Assembly (NCBI GenBank): GCA_963809895.1
Contig: CAWELD010000003.1
Span: forward strand, 2,208,001-2,272,000
Direction: 5' to 3'
DNA from: an uncultured Gemmatimonadales bacterium
GTDB taxonomy: Bacteria; Gemmatimonadota; Gemmatimonadetes; Longimicrobiales; Gaopeijiaceae
DNA length: 64,000 nt
In this document: positions 47,967 through 62,394 of the stretch, in pieces
Layout of the letters: every line of letters starts with the position of its first letter
Position numbering within the stretch: the stretch's first letter is position 1
Position numbers and translations under genes: made by a program
The notes under the pieces: generated by a model
Told to the model about the DNA's origin: nothing
Seen by the model: only the letters and a program-made list of their open reading frames with translations
Databases searched by the model: none

Positions 47967-48899
47967 GTGTCCACTGGCATCACCGCATCCGATTGGATCT
48001 GGAAGGACGGCGAGTTCCTCGCCTGGGAAGAGACGCGCGTCCACCTGTTGAGCCTCGCCGTGCAGTTCGGCTCGTCGGTCTTCGAGGGGATCAGGGCCTA
48101 CGACACGCCACGGGGGCCCGCCATCTTCCGGCTGGATACCCACATCCGGCGCCTGTTCGATTCCTGCACCATCTACCGGATGCCTCCGCAGCATTCGCGG
48201 GCCGACCTGGAGGAGGCGTGCCGCGCCACCGTGCGCAAGAACGGTCTCCGGGACTGCTACATCCGACCCACGGTCATCCGGGGATACGGCTCCGCGGGGC
48301 TCAACCCCGCCGCGTCGCCGGTGGAGAGCTACGTCGCCGCCTGGCCCTGGGGCACCTACCTGGGTCCCGACGCCCTGGAGCGCGGTGTGGACGTGTGTAC
48401 CAGCTCCTGGACCCGGGCAGCGCCCAACACCTTTCCCGTGTCGGCCAAGGCCGCGGGCCACTACGTCAACGCCCAGCTCATCAAGATGCAGGCGCTGGCC
48501 GACGGTTACGTGGAGGGAATCGCGCTGGGCCCGGACGGGCTGGTGAGCGAGGGCTCGGGCCAGAACCTCTTCCTGGTCCGGGACGGCACCCTCATCACGC
48601 CCTTCCTGGACGGGACGTCGCTGGCCGGAATCACCCGTGACGCGATCCTGGTCATGGCCCGGGACATGGGCATCCCTGTGCGCGAGCAGCACGTGCCCCG
48701 GGAGTCACTCTACGTGGCCGACGAGCTCTTCTTCACCGGCACGGCGTCGGAGGTCACGCCCATCCGCAGCGTGGACCGCATCGAGGTCGGGGCGGGGCGT
48801 GCCGGACCCGTGACGCTACGGCTGCAGAAGGCCTTCCTGCAGCTGGTGAAGGGCGAGGCCGACGACCCCCACGGCTGGCTCACGTACGTGGAGGACTGA
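47967..48899 (+). CDS. ilvE: Branched-chain amino acid aminotransferase
   Basis: VFEGIRAY, YIRP, AKAAGHY (PLP Lys), SEGSGQNLF, LAGITR, FFTGTASEV. Confidence 0.95.
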   Translation: MSTGITASDWIWKDGEFLAWEETRVHLLSLAVQFGSSVFEGIRAYDTPRGPAIFRLDTHIRRLFDSCTIYRMPPQHSRADLEEACRATVRKNGLRDCYIRPTVIRGYGSAGLNPAASPVESYVAAWPWGTYLGPDALERGVDVCTSSWTRAAPNTFPVSAKAAGHYVNAQLIKMQALADGYVEGIALGPDGLVSEGSGQNLFLVRDGTLITPFLDGTSLAGITRDAILVMARDMGIPVREQHVPRESLYVADELFFTGTASEVTPIRSVDRIEVGAGRAGPVTLRLQKAFLQLVKGEADDPHGWLTYVED

Positions 48900-48909
48900 G
48901 CCGCCCCTC

Positions 48910-50682
<1,773 letters not shown>

Positions 50683-50722
50683 ACCAATGCTCCTACGGGG
50701 GGTGTGGTACGGGAGGCTGAAG

Positions 50723-51154
50723 CTACTCGCCGACTTCCGGACCGGCCAGCAGGGCGCGCAGCTCGGCGACGCGCTCGGCGGTCTCCGGAAAGCCTCGCGC
50801 CACGAGCGACGGATCAAGCAGCGCGTAGAGGCGCAGCGCCCGCTCGGCGCGGTCGGCGGTCGTGACGGGGTCGTCCTCCAGGTCGGCGCGATAGGCCTCG
50901 GCGGACAGGAGCTCGGCGGCGATCCAGCATCGGCCCACCTCCGGCTCACCTCCGGGCGAGACCAGGCGCACCATGGTGTCCAGGTCCACCCCGGTGAGCA
51001 CGTCCAGATCCAGTCCCACGTCCCGGGCCGAGGCCCGCACCTTCTCGGCGGCCTCCGACGGACTCAGCTCTCCGGAGCGCAGACCCCGCAGGATCTCCTG
51101 GAGGACTCGTCCCATGGTTTCGATCAGTCGGAGAATGTAGTCCTGCGCAGCCAT
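50723..51154 (-). CDS. Hypothetical helical protein (DUF6483-like)
   Basis: N-terminal QDYILRLIE motif. Confidence 0.6.
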   Translation of the reverse strand: MAAQDYILRLIETMGRVLQEILRGLRSGELSPSEAAEKVRASARDVGLDLDVLTGVDLDTMVRLVSPGGEPEVGRCWIAAELLSAEAYRADLEDDPVTTADRAERALRLYALLDPSLVARGFPETAERVAELRALLAGPEVGE

Positions 51155-51256
51155 GGGGGCTCCTGATTTGCCGGAGGGGGGACCCGGCATTACTTCATTG
51201 CCGGGATCGCCCGCGCAACGGGTGCGGGTCCCGGACCCCCCGACAGCGAGGACGGC

Positions 51257-52411
51257 ATGGAGCGAGTGGATCGTCGCGACTTCCTGAAGAAGGCCGCAGC
51301 AGGTGCCACCGGCGCGACCCTTCTGGCAGCCTGCGACTCCTCGGGAGGTGGACCGGCCGTGGCGACGGCGGAGGCGGCGGTCCAGGGTCCGGAGGTGAGC
51401 TGGCGTCTGGCCACGAGCTTCCCTCCGAGCCTGGACATCCTGCACGGGGCGGCAGAACGGCTGGCAACGCGCGTGCAGGCCCTCACCGGCGGTCGCTTCC
51501 GGATACGCGTCTACGCTGCCAACGAGCTGGTCCCTGCCCTCCAGGTCATGGACGCCGTGCAGCAGGGGACCGTACAGGCGGGGCTGACCGGCGGCTACTA
51601 CTACATCGGCAAGAGCCCCGCGCTGGCCTTCGACTCCACGGTGCCCTTCGGCTTCACCGCCCGGCAGCAGACCGCCTGGCTCCACTACGGCGGCGGACTG
51701 GAGCTGCTCACCGACGTCTACGCCGACTTCGGCATCGTGCCGCTGCCCTGTGGCAACACCGGCGCCCAGATGGGGGGCTGGTTCCGCAGGCCGGTGAACT
51801 CCCTCGCCGACCTCCAGGGTCTGCGCATGCGCATTCCGGGGATCGGTGGCGAGATCATGAGCCGCCTGGGTACCTCGGTTCAGGTCCTGGGCGGACCGGA
51901 GATCTACCCGGCGCTGGAGCGCGGCGCCATCGACGCCACCGAGTGGGTCGGGCCGTACGACGACGAGAAGCTGGGGTTCTATCAGATCGCCCCCAACTAC
52001 TACCTGCCCGGGTGGTGGGAGCCGGGCCTCTCGGCGACCCTGCAGATCTCCAAGGCGGCGTGGGACGAGATCCCGGCGGCCTACCAGGAGCTGCTGAACA
52101 CGGCGTGCCGCGAGTCCAACGAGGACATGCTCGCCAGGTACGATGCCGAGAATCCCCTGGCCCTGCTCAGGCTGGTGAACGACCACGGCGTGCAGCTGCG
52201 CGCCTTCTCCGACGAGATCCTCCAGGCCGCCTGGCGCGAGAGCAACGCCTATCTGGAGGAGCAGGCCGCGTCCGACGCGACCTTCAAGCGGGTCTACGAT
52301 TCCTGGAAGGCGTTCCGCGAACGGGTCTTTCCGTACTTCGCCGGCAACGAGCAGCACTACGCGCGCTTCGCCTTCGCCCAGATCCCGTCGAACCTCCACA
52401 TCCAGGAATGA
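51257..52411 (+). CDS. dctP: TRAP solute-binding protein (Tat-exported)
   Basis: DRRDFLK Tat motif, GNTGAQMGGWF, LRMRIPG, ATEWVGPYDD. Confidence 0.93.
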   Translation: MERVDRRDFLKKAAAGATGATLLAACDSSGGGPAVATAEAAVQGPEVSWRLATSFPPSLDILHGAAERLATRVQALTGGRFRIRVYAANELVPALQVMDAVQQGTVQAGLTGGYYYIGKSPALAFDSTVPFGFTARQQTAWLHYGGGLELLTDVYADFGIVPLPCGNTGAQMGGWFRRPVNSLADLQGLRMRIPGIGGEIMSRLGTSVQVLGGPEIYPALERGAIDATEWVGPYDDEKLGFYQIAPNYYLPGWWEPGLSATLQISKAAWDEIPAAYQELLNTACRESNEDMLARYDAENPLALLRLVNDHGVQLRAFSDEILQAAWRESNAYLEEQAASDATFKRVYDSWKAFRERVFPYFAGNEQHYARFAFAQIPSNLHIQE

Positions 52412-54447
52412 GCGCGACCCCCGGCAGACCGCGCGTGCCGCCGTGGCTCACGGCGACGCTGGTGGTGGTCCTGCTGGGCTCCGCCGGGGTCGCCCTCGAC
52501 CGCTCCTACCGTGCCGAAGCCCTGGCACGCGGCCGCATGGCCGTGGCACAGCGCCTCCAGACCCAGGCGCGCGCCCTGTCCATCGCCCTGGCCCAGCGCA
52601 TCACCCTGGTCGAAGGGCTGAGGGCCTGGCTGGCCACGACATCGGGCCAGTCCCTGCAGGGATTCGACGTGGTGGCCAGCACCCTGTACGGCACCGCGCC
52701 CGGCATCCGCGCGCTCCAGGTCGTGGAGGACGGGGTCATCGTCCGCTCCTACGCCCCTGGCGACGATCGGTCCATGCTGGGAGCGAACCTCCGCGAGCAC
52801 CCCGACCCTCGCGTGGTGGCCGACCTGGAGCGGGCAGAGGGGGGCGACAGTCTCGTCACGACGCCCACCCCGGAGCTCCTGCAGGGTGGGCCTGGCGTGG
52901 TCATGCGCAGGCGCGCCGCCCCCCGTGAGGGTCATGTGCGGCTGGCCACCGCGGTGCTGGACCTGGAGCCATTGCTGGACGGGGCTGGGCTGGGGCCCGA
53001 TGCACCGGCAGGCTTCGTCTTTCGACTCCGGGACGCCGCCGGCCGCGTGATCGCCGGTGCGGACAGCTTTCCAGGCCGCGAGAGCGTGGCGGCCGACATC
53101 CCGGTGGCGGGTGAGAGCTGGCACCTGTCCACACCGGCCCCGGTCTCTGCGGGTCTCGAAGGGCAGGGCGCGCTCCACCTTGCGGAGGGTGCGGGCATCC
53201 TGGCCCTGATCCTGATCGGATTCACGGTCTTCCAGCGCGCCGACCGCCGACGGCGACTCGAAGAAGCGGTGACGCTGCGCACCGACCAGCTCGCCCGGGC
53301 CAACCACGAGCTTCAGGAGGCCCTGGCTTCGCTGCGGGCCCAGGACGATCGCCTGGCCATGGCGCTGAAGGCCGGAGGCGTCACCACCTGGGAGTGGAGC
53401 CTGGCGCGCGACACGGTCCGGCACTTTCCAGGAAGCATGGACGGACTCGAGAGTGACTCCGAGACCGGCGAGGTCGCCTTCGAGGCGGTGGCCGAGCGCG
53501 TGCACCCCGAGGACCGTTGCCGCTTCCGCGAAGCGGAGCAGCGGACCCGAACCTCCGGCGCGGATTTCGACGTCGAGTACCGAATCCAGCTCCCGGACGG
53601 GTCGGTCCACTGGCGTCACGACGCGGGTCGGGTGGATCCGGAGCGGCAGTCCGTGCATGGCGCCGTCGCCGACATCACCCGGGCCAAGGAGCTCGAGGAG
53701 CAGCTCGACCACGCACGCCGCCTCGAGGCCGCGGGACAACTCGCCGGTGGTATCGCTCACGACTTCAACAACCTCATGCAGGTGATCCTGGGAGAGACGA
53801 CGCTGCTGCGGCTCGATCACCCCGACGCCGAGCTTCAGGAGGGCCTCAACGAGATCTCCCAGGCGGCCGAGCGCGCCAGCCGACTCACGGCGCAGCTTCT
53901 GGCCTTCAGCCGCAGGCGACCGGTGCGTCCCGAACCCCTGGACCTGGAGGTCGAGGTGGGCGTGGCTTCGACCATGTTGAGCCGACTGCTGGGAGCGAAC
54001 ATCCACCTGGTGCAGGAGGCGAGCGACCGGCCCGTCATCGTCCTGGTCGACCCCTCGCAGCTCACGCAGATCCTCGTCAACCTGGCGGTGAACGCCCGCG
54101 ATGCCATGCCGGAGGGCGGCAAGCTCACGCTACGCACCGGTGTACGCGAGCTCACCGAGGGGCTCGACGGGGTCCTGGAGCACGGGTCGTTCGGTGTGCT
54201 GGAGGTGGAGGACGAGGGCGAGGGGATCATGCCCGAGGCGCTGCCCAGGATCTTCGATCCGTTCTACACCACCAAGGCGCCTGGAAAGGGCACGGGACTC
54301 GGGCTGGCGTCGGTGTACGGCGCGGTGCGCCAGGCCGGGGGTCACGTCACCGTACGGAGCGAGCCCGGGGTGGGCACGACCTTCACCGTCTATCTGCCGC
54401 GGGCGGCACGTGGCGTCGCGGTGCCCGACGCCGACGAGACCGTCTGA
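52408..54447 (+). CDS. Sensor histidine kinase (CHASE-like, PAS, HisKA, HATPase)
   Basis: GGIAHDFNN, NLAVNARDAM, DPFYTTK..GTGLGL; PAS VHPEDR. Confidence 0.92.
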   Translation: MSATPGRPRVPPWLTATLVVVLLGSAGVALDRSYRAEALARGRMAVAQRLQTQARALSIALAQRITLVEGLRAWLATTSGQSLQGFDVVASTLYGTAPGIRALQVVEDGVIVRSYAPGDDRSMLGANLREHPDPRVVADLERAEGGDSLVTTPTPELLQGGPGVVMRRRAAPREGHVRLATAVLDLEPLLDGAGLGPDAPAGFVFRLRDAAGRVIAGADSFPGRESVAADIPVAGESWHLSTPAPVSAGLEGQGALHLAEGAGILALILIGFTVFQRADRRRRLEEAVTLRTDQLARANHELQEALASLRAQDDRLAMALKAGGVTTWEWSLARDTVRHFPGSMDGLESDSETGEVAFEAVAERVHPEDRCRFREAEQRTRTSGADFDVEYRIQLPDGSVHWRHDAGRVDPERQSVHGAVADITRAKELEEQLDHARRLEAAGQLAGGIAHDFNNLMQVILGETTLLRLDHPDAELQEGLNEISQAAERASRLTAQLLAFSRRRPVRPEPLDLEVEVGVASTMLSRLLGANIHLVQEASDRPVIVLVDPSQLTQILVNLAVNARDAMPEGGKLTLRTGVRELTEGLDGVLEHGSFGVLEVEDEGEGIMPEALPRIFDPFYTTKAPGKGTGLGLASVYGAVRQAGGHVTVRSEPGVGTTFTVYLPRAARGVAVPDADETV

Positions 54448-55085
54448 TCAAGCCCCTTCGGGCAGCTCGATCTCCAGCGCTCGCCAGCAATACCACGCCG
54501 CGGCACTCCTCCACGGGCGGAATTCCTCGCCCAGCGGGTGCAGCTCCTTCGCGCTGGGCGCCTCGTCCAGGCCGAAAATGCGGGCCCACCCCGACCGAAC
54601 GCCCAGATCCAGCGTAGGCCACACGTCGGGCCGGTGCAGCCGGAACATGAGGAACATCTGCGCCGTCCACGGGCCGATCCCCCGGACCCGGGTCAGATGC
54701 GAGACGACCTCCTCGTCGTCGAGCCTCTGCAGCGCCTCCAGGGTGACATCGACCTCGCCGGATCCAGCCCTGGAGGCCAGGTCCCGGATGGCGGCGAGCT
54801 TCGGTCGCGACAGACCCGCACCCCGCAGGGCGTCGTCGCCGGTGCTGTGCACCCGTGCCGGCGTGACCTCGCCGCCGAGGGCCTCCAGCACCCGGCCGTG
54901 AATGGTCCGCGCGGCGGCTCCCGCGAGCTGCTGGTACACGATGCCGCGCACCAGGTACTCGAAGGGAGCCTCTTCGGACAACGACACGGTCACCGGGCCG
55001 ACGCGCTCCACCAGCGGACCGAAGGCAGGGTGCTCACGCAACGCACCGTGCCCGTCCTTCCACACCACTCCCTGATCCGCCGCGC

Positions 55086-55089
<4 letters not shown>
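54448..55089 (-). CDS. alkA: DNA-3-methyladenine glycosylase II (AlkA family)
   Basis: IVYQQL, HhH LTRVRGIGPWTA, DVWPTLDLG, PWRSAA. Confidence 0.9.
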
Positions 55090-56395
<1,306 letters not shown>

Positions 56396-56396
<1 letters not shown>

Positions 56397-56968
56397 CAGG
56401 CCTGTCCCCGATGCAGTTCGGCCTCGGACTCCTCACCAGCGTCGGGCACGGCGATCCCCCGCAGCACCTCGAGCTGGCGAACGATGTGCGCCAACGCCTG
56501 CAGCAGCAGCAGCGCGAAGCATACCAGGATCACGGCCTTGATGGGATACCGGGGCAGCCCTCCCGGATCCGGCGAGGTCTCCCGGACGGCCCAGGAGTCC
56601 ATGACGGTGGGCCAGGCCACCACCAGCATCACCGTGCAGAACGGGATCAGGAAGAACACGCTTCCCAACAGGTCGATCCAGGCCCGCCCGCGGGCCGTCA
56701 GCCTCTGGTACAGGACGTCCACGCGCACGTGCACGTCGTGCTTGAGGCCGTACGCCGCGCCCATCAGGAAGATGAGGCTGAAGAGGTACCACTGGAGCTC
56801 GTTCAGGGCGTTGGAGCTCAGCGATACCCCCGCGTAGCGCGTGAGGTAGCGCGCCACGGCGTTGTAGGCCCCCATGAGGACCATGACCAGGGCCAACCAA
56901 CGCAGGGCGCGCCCCAGCCCGTCGTTGAGACGATCGACGGCCCGGGCAAAATTCTGGAGAATTCGCAT
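56396..56968 (-). CDS. dctQ: TRAP small permease
   Basis: ELQWYLF, HVRVDV, SPDPGGLP. Confidence 0.9.
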
Positions 56969-57015
56969 CCGCTCGGGATGCGGGTGCGCTGCAGGGCTCC
57001 CCTCGGGATCGACCT

Positions 57016-57942
57016 TCACAAAAGGTATCCCCCGTCCACCGGGATCACGGCGCCGGTGATGTGGCGCGCCGCCTCGGAACACAGGAAGACCACCACCGCC
57101 GCCACGTCACGGGGATCCCCCAGGCGCCCGAGGACGCTCTTCTCCCGGGCCCGGTCCAGGATCTCGGCGGGCACGCGGTCGGTGAGGCGGGTGGTGCGGA
57201 TGTAGCCCGGGGCCACGGCGTTGACGTTGATGTTGCGGGGTCCGAGCTCCACGGCGGCGCTCACCGTCAGCCCGATGAGCCCTGCCTTGCTCGCCGTGTA
57301 GTTGGCCAACCCGAACTCGCTCCGGATGCCGTGCACCGACGAGATGTTGACCACCTTGCCCCACTCCTGGGCTCGCATGTGAGGCGCCACGGCCCTCAGG
57401 GCGTAGAACGCGCCGTCGAGGTTGGTGCGCAAGACCGCTTCCCACTCGTCGTCGCTCATGTGCCAGAGCGCCCGGTCCACGCCGATGCCGGCGTTGTTGA
57501 TGAGCACGTGCACCCCGCCCAGCTCCTCCACCGCCCCGGCCACGAACGCCCGCACATCGTCGGGGTCGCGGACATCGCACGAGCGGCAGTGGACCCGGAC
57601 CTCGAGCTCGCGCAGCTCCCGGGCCGCCTGCTGCGCCTCCGCCCGGGACGCGGCCCCGTCGTCCAGGTAGTTGAAGGCGATGTCGAGCCCGGCGCGCGCC
57701 AACTCGATGGCCACCGCCCGGCCGATCCCGCTGGAGCCACCGGTGACGATCGCCACCCTGCCCCGCAGCTCCTCGGTGCCCATCAGCCCCTGGGACTGCG
57801 GGTGGGGAACCGCGACCTCCTCGATGAGCTGCTCCACGGCGTCGCCCATGTCGGGCGCGGGGGCGGTGGAGAGGCTCGGCTCGCTCCGCTGGCGCTCCTC
57901 ACGGGAGACGCTCGCGCGAGGGTCTGGAATGAGGTCGGACAT
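57016..57942 (-). CDS. SDR oxidoreductase (FabG-like) with N-terminal extension
   Basis: TGGSSGIG, NNAGI, YTASK, ITGAVIPVDGG; start uncertain. Confidence 0.88.
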   Translation of the reverse strand: MSDLIPDPRASVSREERQRSEPSLSTAPAPDMGDAVEQLIEEVAVPHPQSQGLMGTEELRGRVAIVTGGSSGIGRAVAIELARAGLDIAFNYLDDGAASRAEAQQAARELRELEVRVHCRSCDVRDPDDVRAFVAGAVEELGGVHVLINNAGIGVDRALWHMSDDEWEAVLRTNLDGAFYALRAVAPHMRAQEWGKVVNISSVHGIRSEFGLANYTASKAGLIGLTVSAAVELGPRNINVNAVAPGYIRTTRLTDRVPAEILDRAREKSVLGRLGDPRDVAAVVVFLCSEAARHITGAVIPVDGGYLL

Positions 57943-57986
57943 CGGGCCAGGATACGCGAACGACCCCACCGTTCGCAACGACGGGT

Positions 57987-58712
57987 TCAGGCCTCCTCGT
58001 CCTTCTCGTCCGCCTGCTCGCCGGCCCCCCGCGCCTCGGCGTGGTGCTTGATGGTGCGCCCTTCCACCAGGAAGACCACGTCCTCGGCGATGTTGGTGGA
58101 CAGGTCGGCGATGCGCTCGATGTTCTGGGAAACCAGGAGGAGTTCCAGCGCCGGGCTGATGCGGCGCGGGTCCTCCAGCATGTGGGTCACCAGGATCCGG
58201 AAGAGGGAGCGACGCAGGTTGTCGACCCGGTCGTCACGGGTGCACACCATGCGCGCCGTGCCCGCGTTGCGCGAGACGTACGACGCCAGCGCGTCGGAGA
58301 GCATGCCGCGAGCGATCTCCACCATCTCCTCGATCTCGGGGACCTCGGGGAGCGCAGACATGCCCGAGAGGCGGCGGGCCGCCTTGGCGATGTTCACGCC
58401 GTGGTCCCCCACCCGCTCCAGGTCGTTGGAGACCTTGAGCGTGCTCATGATCAGGCGCAGGTCCTTGGCCATGGGCTGCTGGAGCGCCAGGAGCTCCAGC
58501 GCACGCTCGTCGATCTCGATCTCCAGCTCGTCCACCCGGTCGTCGCGCGCGGTGATGGAATCCGCGGCGCCGCCGTCGCGGGTCATGGCCGCGGTGGTGG
58601 CATCCGCCACGATCTCCTCGACCAGGCCCGCCATCTCCACCAACCGGTCCTGGAGGGCGTCCAGCTCTCCCTGAAAGTGCCGGCGAGGCCGGGGCTGTTG
58701 CTCTGCCATCAT
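57987..58712 (-). CDS. phoU: Phosphate signalling protein PhoU
   Basis: [29 protein letters not shown]. Confidence 0.95.
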   Translation of the reverse strand: MMAEQQPRPRRHFQGELDALQDRLVEMAGLVEEIVADATTAAMTRDGGAADSITARDDRVDELEIEIDERALELLALQQPMAKDLRLIMSTLKVSNDLERVGDHGVNIAKAARRLSGMSALPEVPEIEEMVEIARGMLSDALASYVSRNAGTARMVCTRDDRVDNLRRSLFRILVTHMLEDPRRISPALELLLVSQNIERIADLSTNIAEDVVFLVEGRTIKHHAEARGAGEQADEKDEEA

Positions 58713-59494
58713 CCGAACCGTCCCGTCACGTAGGCCTCGGTACGCTCTTCGCGCGGATTCGTGAAGATGGTGTCCGTAGGGCCGTACTCGATGAGCTCGC
58801 CCATGTAGAGGAACGCCGTGTAGTCGCTCGACATCGGGCGGCCTGCTGCATGCTATGGGTAACGATCACGATGGTGTAGTCCTTCTTCAACTCGTAGATG
58901 AGCTCCTCGATGCGCTGGGTCGCGATGGGGTCCAGGGCGGACGCGGGCTCGTCCATGAGCACGACCTCGGGCTTCACCGCCAGGGTGCGGGCGATGCACA
59001 GCCGCTGCTGCTGACCTCCGGAGAGGGCGTAGGCCGAGTCGCCCAGGCGGTCACTCACCTCGTCCCAGAGCGCGGCCTGGCGCAGCGACGCCTCCACGAT
59101 TTCGTCCAGATCGCCCTCGAAGCCGTTGACCCGGGGGCCGAAGGCGGTGTTGTCGTAGATGGACTTGGGAAAAGGGTTGGGCTTCTGGAACACCATCCCG
59201 ATGCGGCGTCGCACCTCCACCGGATCGACGCCCGCGTCGTACAGGTTCTGCCCGTGGAAGAGGACCTCGCCCGTCGATGCGCGCCGACTCCACCAGATCG
59301 TTCATGCGGTTGAAGCAGCGCAGCAGGGTGCTCTTGCCGCAGCCCGACGGTCCGATGAGCGCGACCACCTGGTTCGCCGGCACCACCAGGCTGATGTCCT
59401 TCACGGCCTGCTTGTCGCCGTAGTAGACCGAAAGGTCGCGAGCTTCCAGGGCCGGCGCGCGGCCCCCGGTATCGATGGCGTGGATGGTGGGCAT
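58709..59494 (-). CDS. pstB: Phosphate ABC transporter ATPase (frameshifted)
   Basis: [31 protein letters not shown], ends YVTGRFG; split over three frames. Confidence 0.92.
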
Positions 59495-60387
59495 CTATCG
59501 ACGCTGCTCGTAGCGGTTGCGAAGCAGGATCGCCACCGCGTTCATGGACAGGAGAACGGCCAGCAGGACCAGGATTCCCGCCGCGGCCAGGTCGCGGAAC
59601 TCGGCCTGGGGCCTGGAGACCCAGGTGTAGATCTGGAGCGGAAGCACCGTGAAGGGGTCCATGACGCTCCCTGGGCGTGAAGGCGAGGAAGCCCACGGCG
59701 CCCACCATGATCAGGGGAGCGGTCTCACCCACCGCTCGGGACAGCGCCAGGATGGTCCCCGTCAGGATCCCGGGCAGCGCCATGGGGAGCACCTGGTGGC
59801 GCACCACCTGCCAGCGCGTGGCCCCGAGCCCGTACGCCGCCTGCCGGATGGAGTCGGGCACGGCCCGGATGGCCTCCTGGGCGGCCATGATGATGACCGG
59901 CAGGATCAACAGCGACAGGGTGAGCGCCCCCGAGAGGATGCTCCGCTGGAAGCCCAGCGCCCGCACGAAGACCGCCAGCCCCAGGATGCCGTACACGATG
60001 GACGGCACGCCCGCCAGGTTGGCGATGTTGGTCTGGATGACCCGGGTGACCCAGTTGCGGGGCGCGTACTCCTCGAGGTAGATGGCCGCGCGCCACGGCC
60101 AGACGGGAAAGCGAGAACAGCGCCGTCAGCGTCAGGATCCAGATCGGTCCCGACGAGGGCGGCCTTGACCCCCGCCCGCTCCGGGAAAGCGCGAGGCGAA
60201 GCTGGTGAGGAACTGTGCGTCCAGCCATGCGGAGCCCATCGTGCGCCACGTCGGCCAGGAGCACGACCAGGGCCACCACGCCCACCAGGGTGGCCAGGCC
60301 GCACATCACGGCGAAGAGCACCCCTTTCACCCGGCGCACGCGATCCCGGCGGGGCCGCCTGCCCCAGCGTGTCGGCACCGCGCTCAT
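59495..60387 (-). CDS. pstA: Phosphate ABC permease PstA (frameshifted)
   Basis: [21 protein letters not shown]. Confidence 0.9.
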
Positions 60388-61341
60388 TCGTACTCCTCCC
60401 GGAAGCGAGAGAGGACCCACTGGCTCAGGACGTTCATGGCCAGCGTGATGAGGAAGAGCGTCATGCCCACGGCGAACAGGGTCTGGTAGACGATGCGTCC
60501 CCTGCGGCGTGTCGCCCAGGCTCACCTGGACGATGTAGGCCGTCATGGTCTGGATGGACTCGCAGCGGATTCAGCGTCAGGTTCGGCAGGTTGCCGGCGG
60601 CGATGGTTACGGCCATGGTCTCGCCGATGGCCCGGGAGATGGCCAGGATGAACGAGGCGAAGACCCCCGAGAGGGCCCCGGGCACCACAACCCGCGTGGA
60701 GACCTCCAGCTTGGTGGCGCCCAGCGCCGTAGGCGCCCTCACGGAGCGACGTCGGGCACCGCCCGTAGGGCGTCTTCGGAGAGCGACGACACCATGGGGA
60801 TGATCATGATCCCAACCACGATGCTGGCCGAGGCCGCGTTGAAGACGTCGGTTCCGGGCAGAACGGACCGCAGCAACGGCGTGACGAAGGTCAGCGCGAA
60901 GTAGCCGTACACCACCGTGGGGATTCCCGCCAGGATCTCCAGCACCGGCTTGAGCACCGTGCGCACCCGGCCCGGGGCGTACTCGCTCAGGAAGATGGCG
61001 GTCAGAAGCCCCACCGGCAGCGCGATGACCGCGGCCCCCACCGCCACCAGCAGCGAGCCGGTCAGGAGCGGCGCGATGCCGAAATGCTGCTCCTGGAAGA
61101 TGGGCGTCCAACGGGTGTCGGTGAGGAAGTCAGCGAAGGGAGACCTCGCGAAAGAACGCCACGGTCTCGCGTGAGGAGAACCGCGACGATTCCCAGCGTA
61201 ACCAGCGTGGACACCCCGGCGCACGCGAACAGGAGCCATCCCGATCACGCGCTCCTGGAGGTCACGCGTCCGGTTGTGGCCCAACGCCAGGGGGCCGGGT
61301 CCTGCGCCCGACGCCCTGGCGGGTCCCGATGCGTTCGCCAC
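60384..61341 (-). CDS. pstC: Phosphate ABC permease PstC (frameshifted)
   Basis: [36 protein letters not shown]. Confidence 0.9.
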
Positions 61342-61354
61342 GGTCCGTCCGGAG

Positions 61355-62288
61355 TCAGCTTTCGGCGTCGAACTGGGCCTTCAGCTCGTTGTAGCGGGCC
61401 GCGTCCAGCGGATGGTAGCCCGTGGAGGGGACCAGCTCCGCCGCGTGCGGCCAGCAGGAAGTCCACGTAGGCCCTGACCTCGGGGCGCTGCATGGCGGCC
61501 TTCTTCACGTAGATGAAGAGCGGGCGGGAAAGAGGGGCATAGGTGCCGTCGGCGATGGTCGCGTCACTGGGCTTCACACAACCCGATCCGCCATCTACTC
61601 CCAGCAGCTTCAGCCGGCCGGGGTTCTCCACGAAGTAGGCGTAGCCGAAGTAGCCCAGGGCGTACTGGTCGCCCGCAACGCCCTGAACCAGGATGTTGTC
61701 GTCTTCCGACGCCTGGTAGTCGGCCCGGCTGGACTTCGCTTCACCCACGATGGTCTCGGTGAAGTAGTCGAACGTGCCCGAGTCCGTCCCCGGTCCGTAG
61801 AGGCCGATCTCCTCGGCCGGGAACTCCGGACGCACGTCTCGCCAGGTCGTGACGGTGCTGTTCGGCTCCCAGATGCGCTTGAGCTCGTCGACGGTGAGGC
61901 ACTGTACGAAATCGTTCTCGGGATTCACGACCACCGACAGGCCGTCCCAGGCCACGGGGACCTCCACGTACTCGATTCCGGCGGCTGCGCAAGCCTCCTT
62001 CTCGGAGTCGCGGATCGGCCGGGAGGCGTCCGAGATGTCCGTCTCGCCGTTGCAGAAGCGCTTGAAGCCGCCTCCGGTACCCGAGAAGCCCACGGTGACA
62101 CGGACGTCGGGGTTGGCGATCTGGAACTCCTCACCTACCGCGACGGAGATGGGATAGACGGTGCTGGAGCCGTCGATCTCCACCCGGCCGGTGAGCCCGT
62201 CCGAGGCGCTTCCGCTCTCGCCGCCTCCGCAGGCCGCAAACACCAGGCCGACGGTCAGGGGCGCCAACACGCGAAGAGACTTCTTCAT
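61355..62288 (-). CDS. pstS: Phosphate-binding lipoprotein PstS (3' frameshift)
   Basis: [37 protein letters not shown]. Confidence 0.93.
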
Positions 62289-62347
62289 GCGTTCCTCCAA
62301 TGGGGTGACGTGTGCCCCGAAGCATAGGGCGGCCACCACGCACTTTC

Positions 62348-62394
62348 GTGACGTTCGTGTAACAACGACGTAAAGACCGCGACCGTCTCGTTAC
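62348..62394 (-). promoter_or_regulatory. Pho-box-like direct repeats upstream of pstS
   Basis: Minus strand TTTAC, GTTAC, GTCAC at exact 11-bp period, plus a GTAAC/GTCGC pair upstream. Confidence 0.65.
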
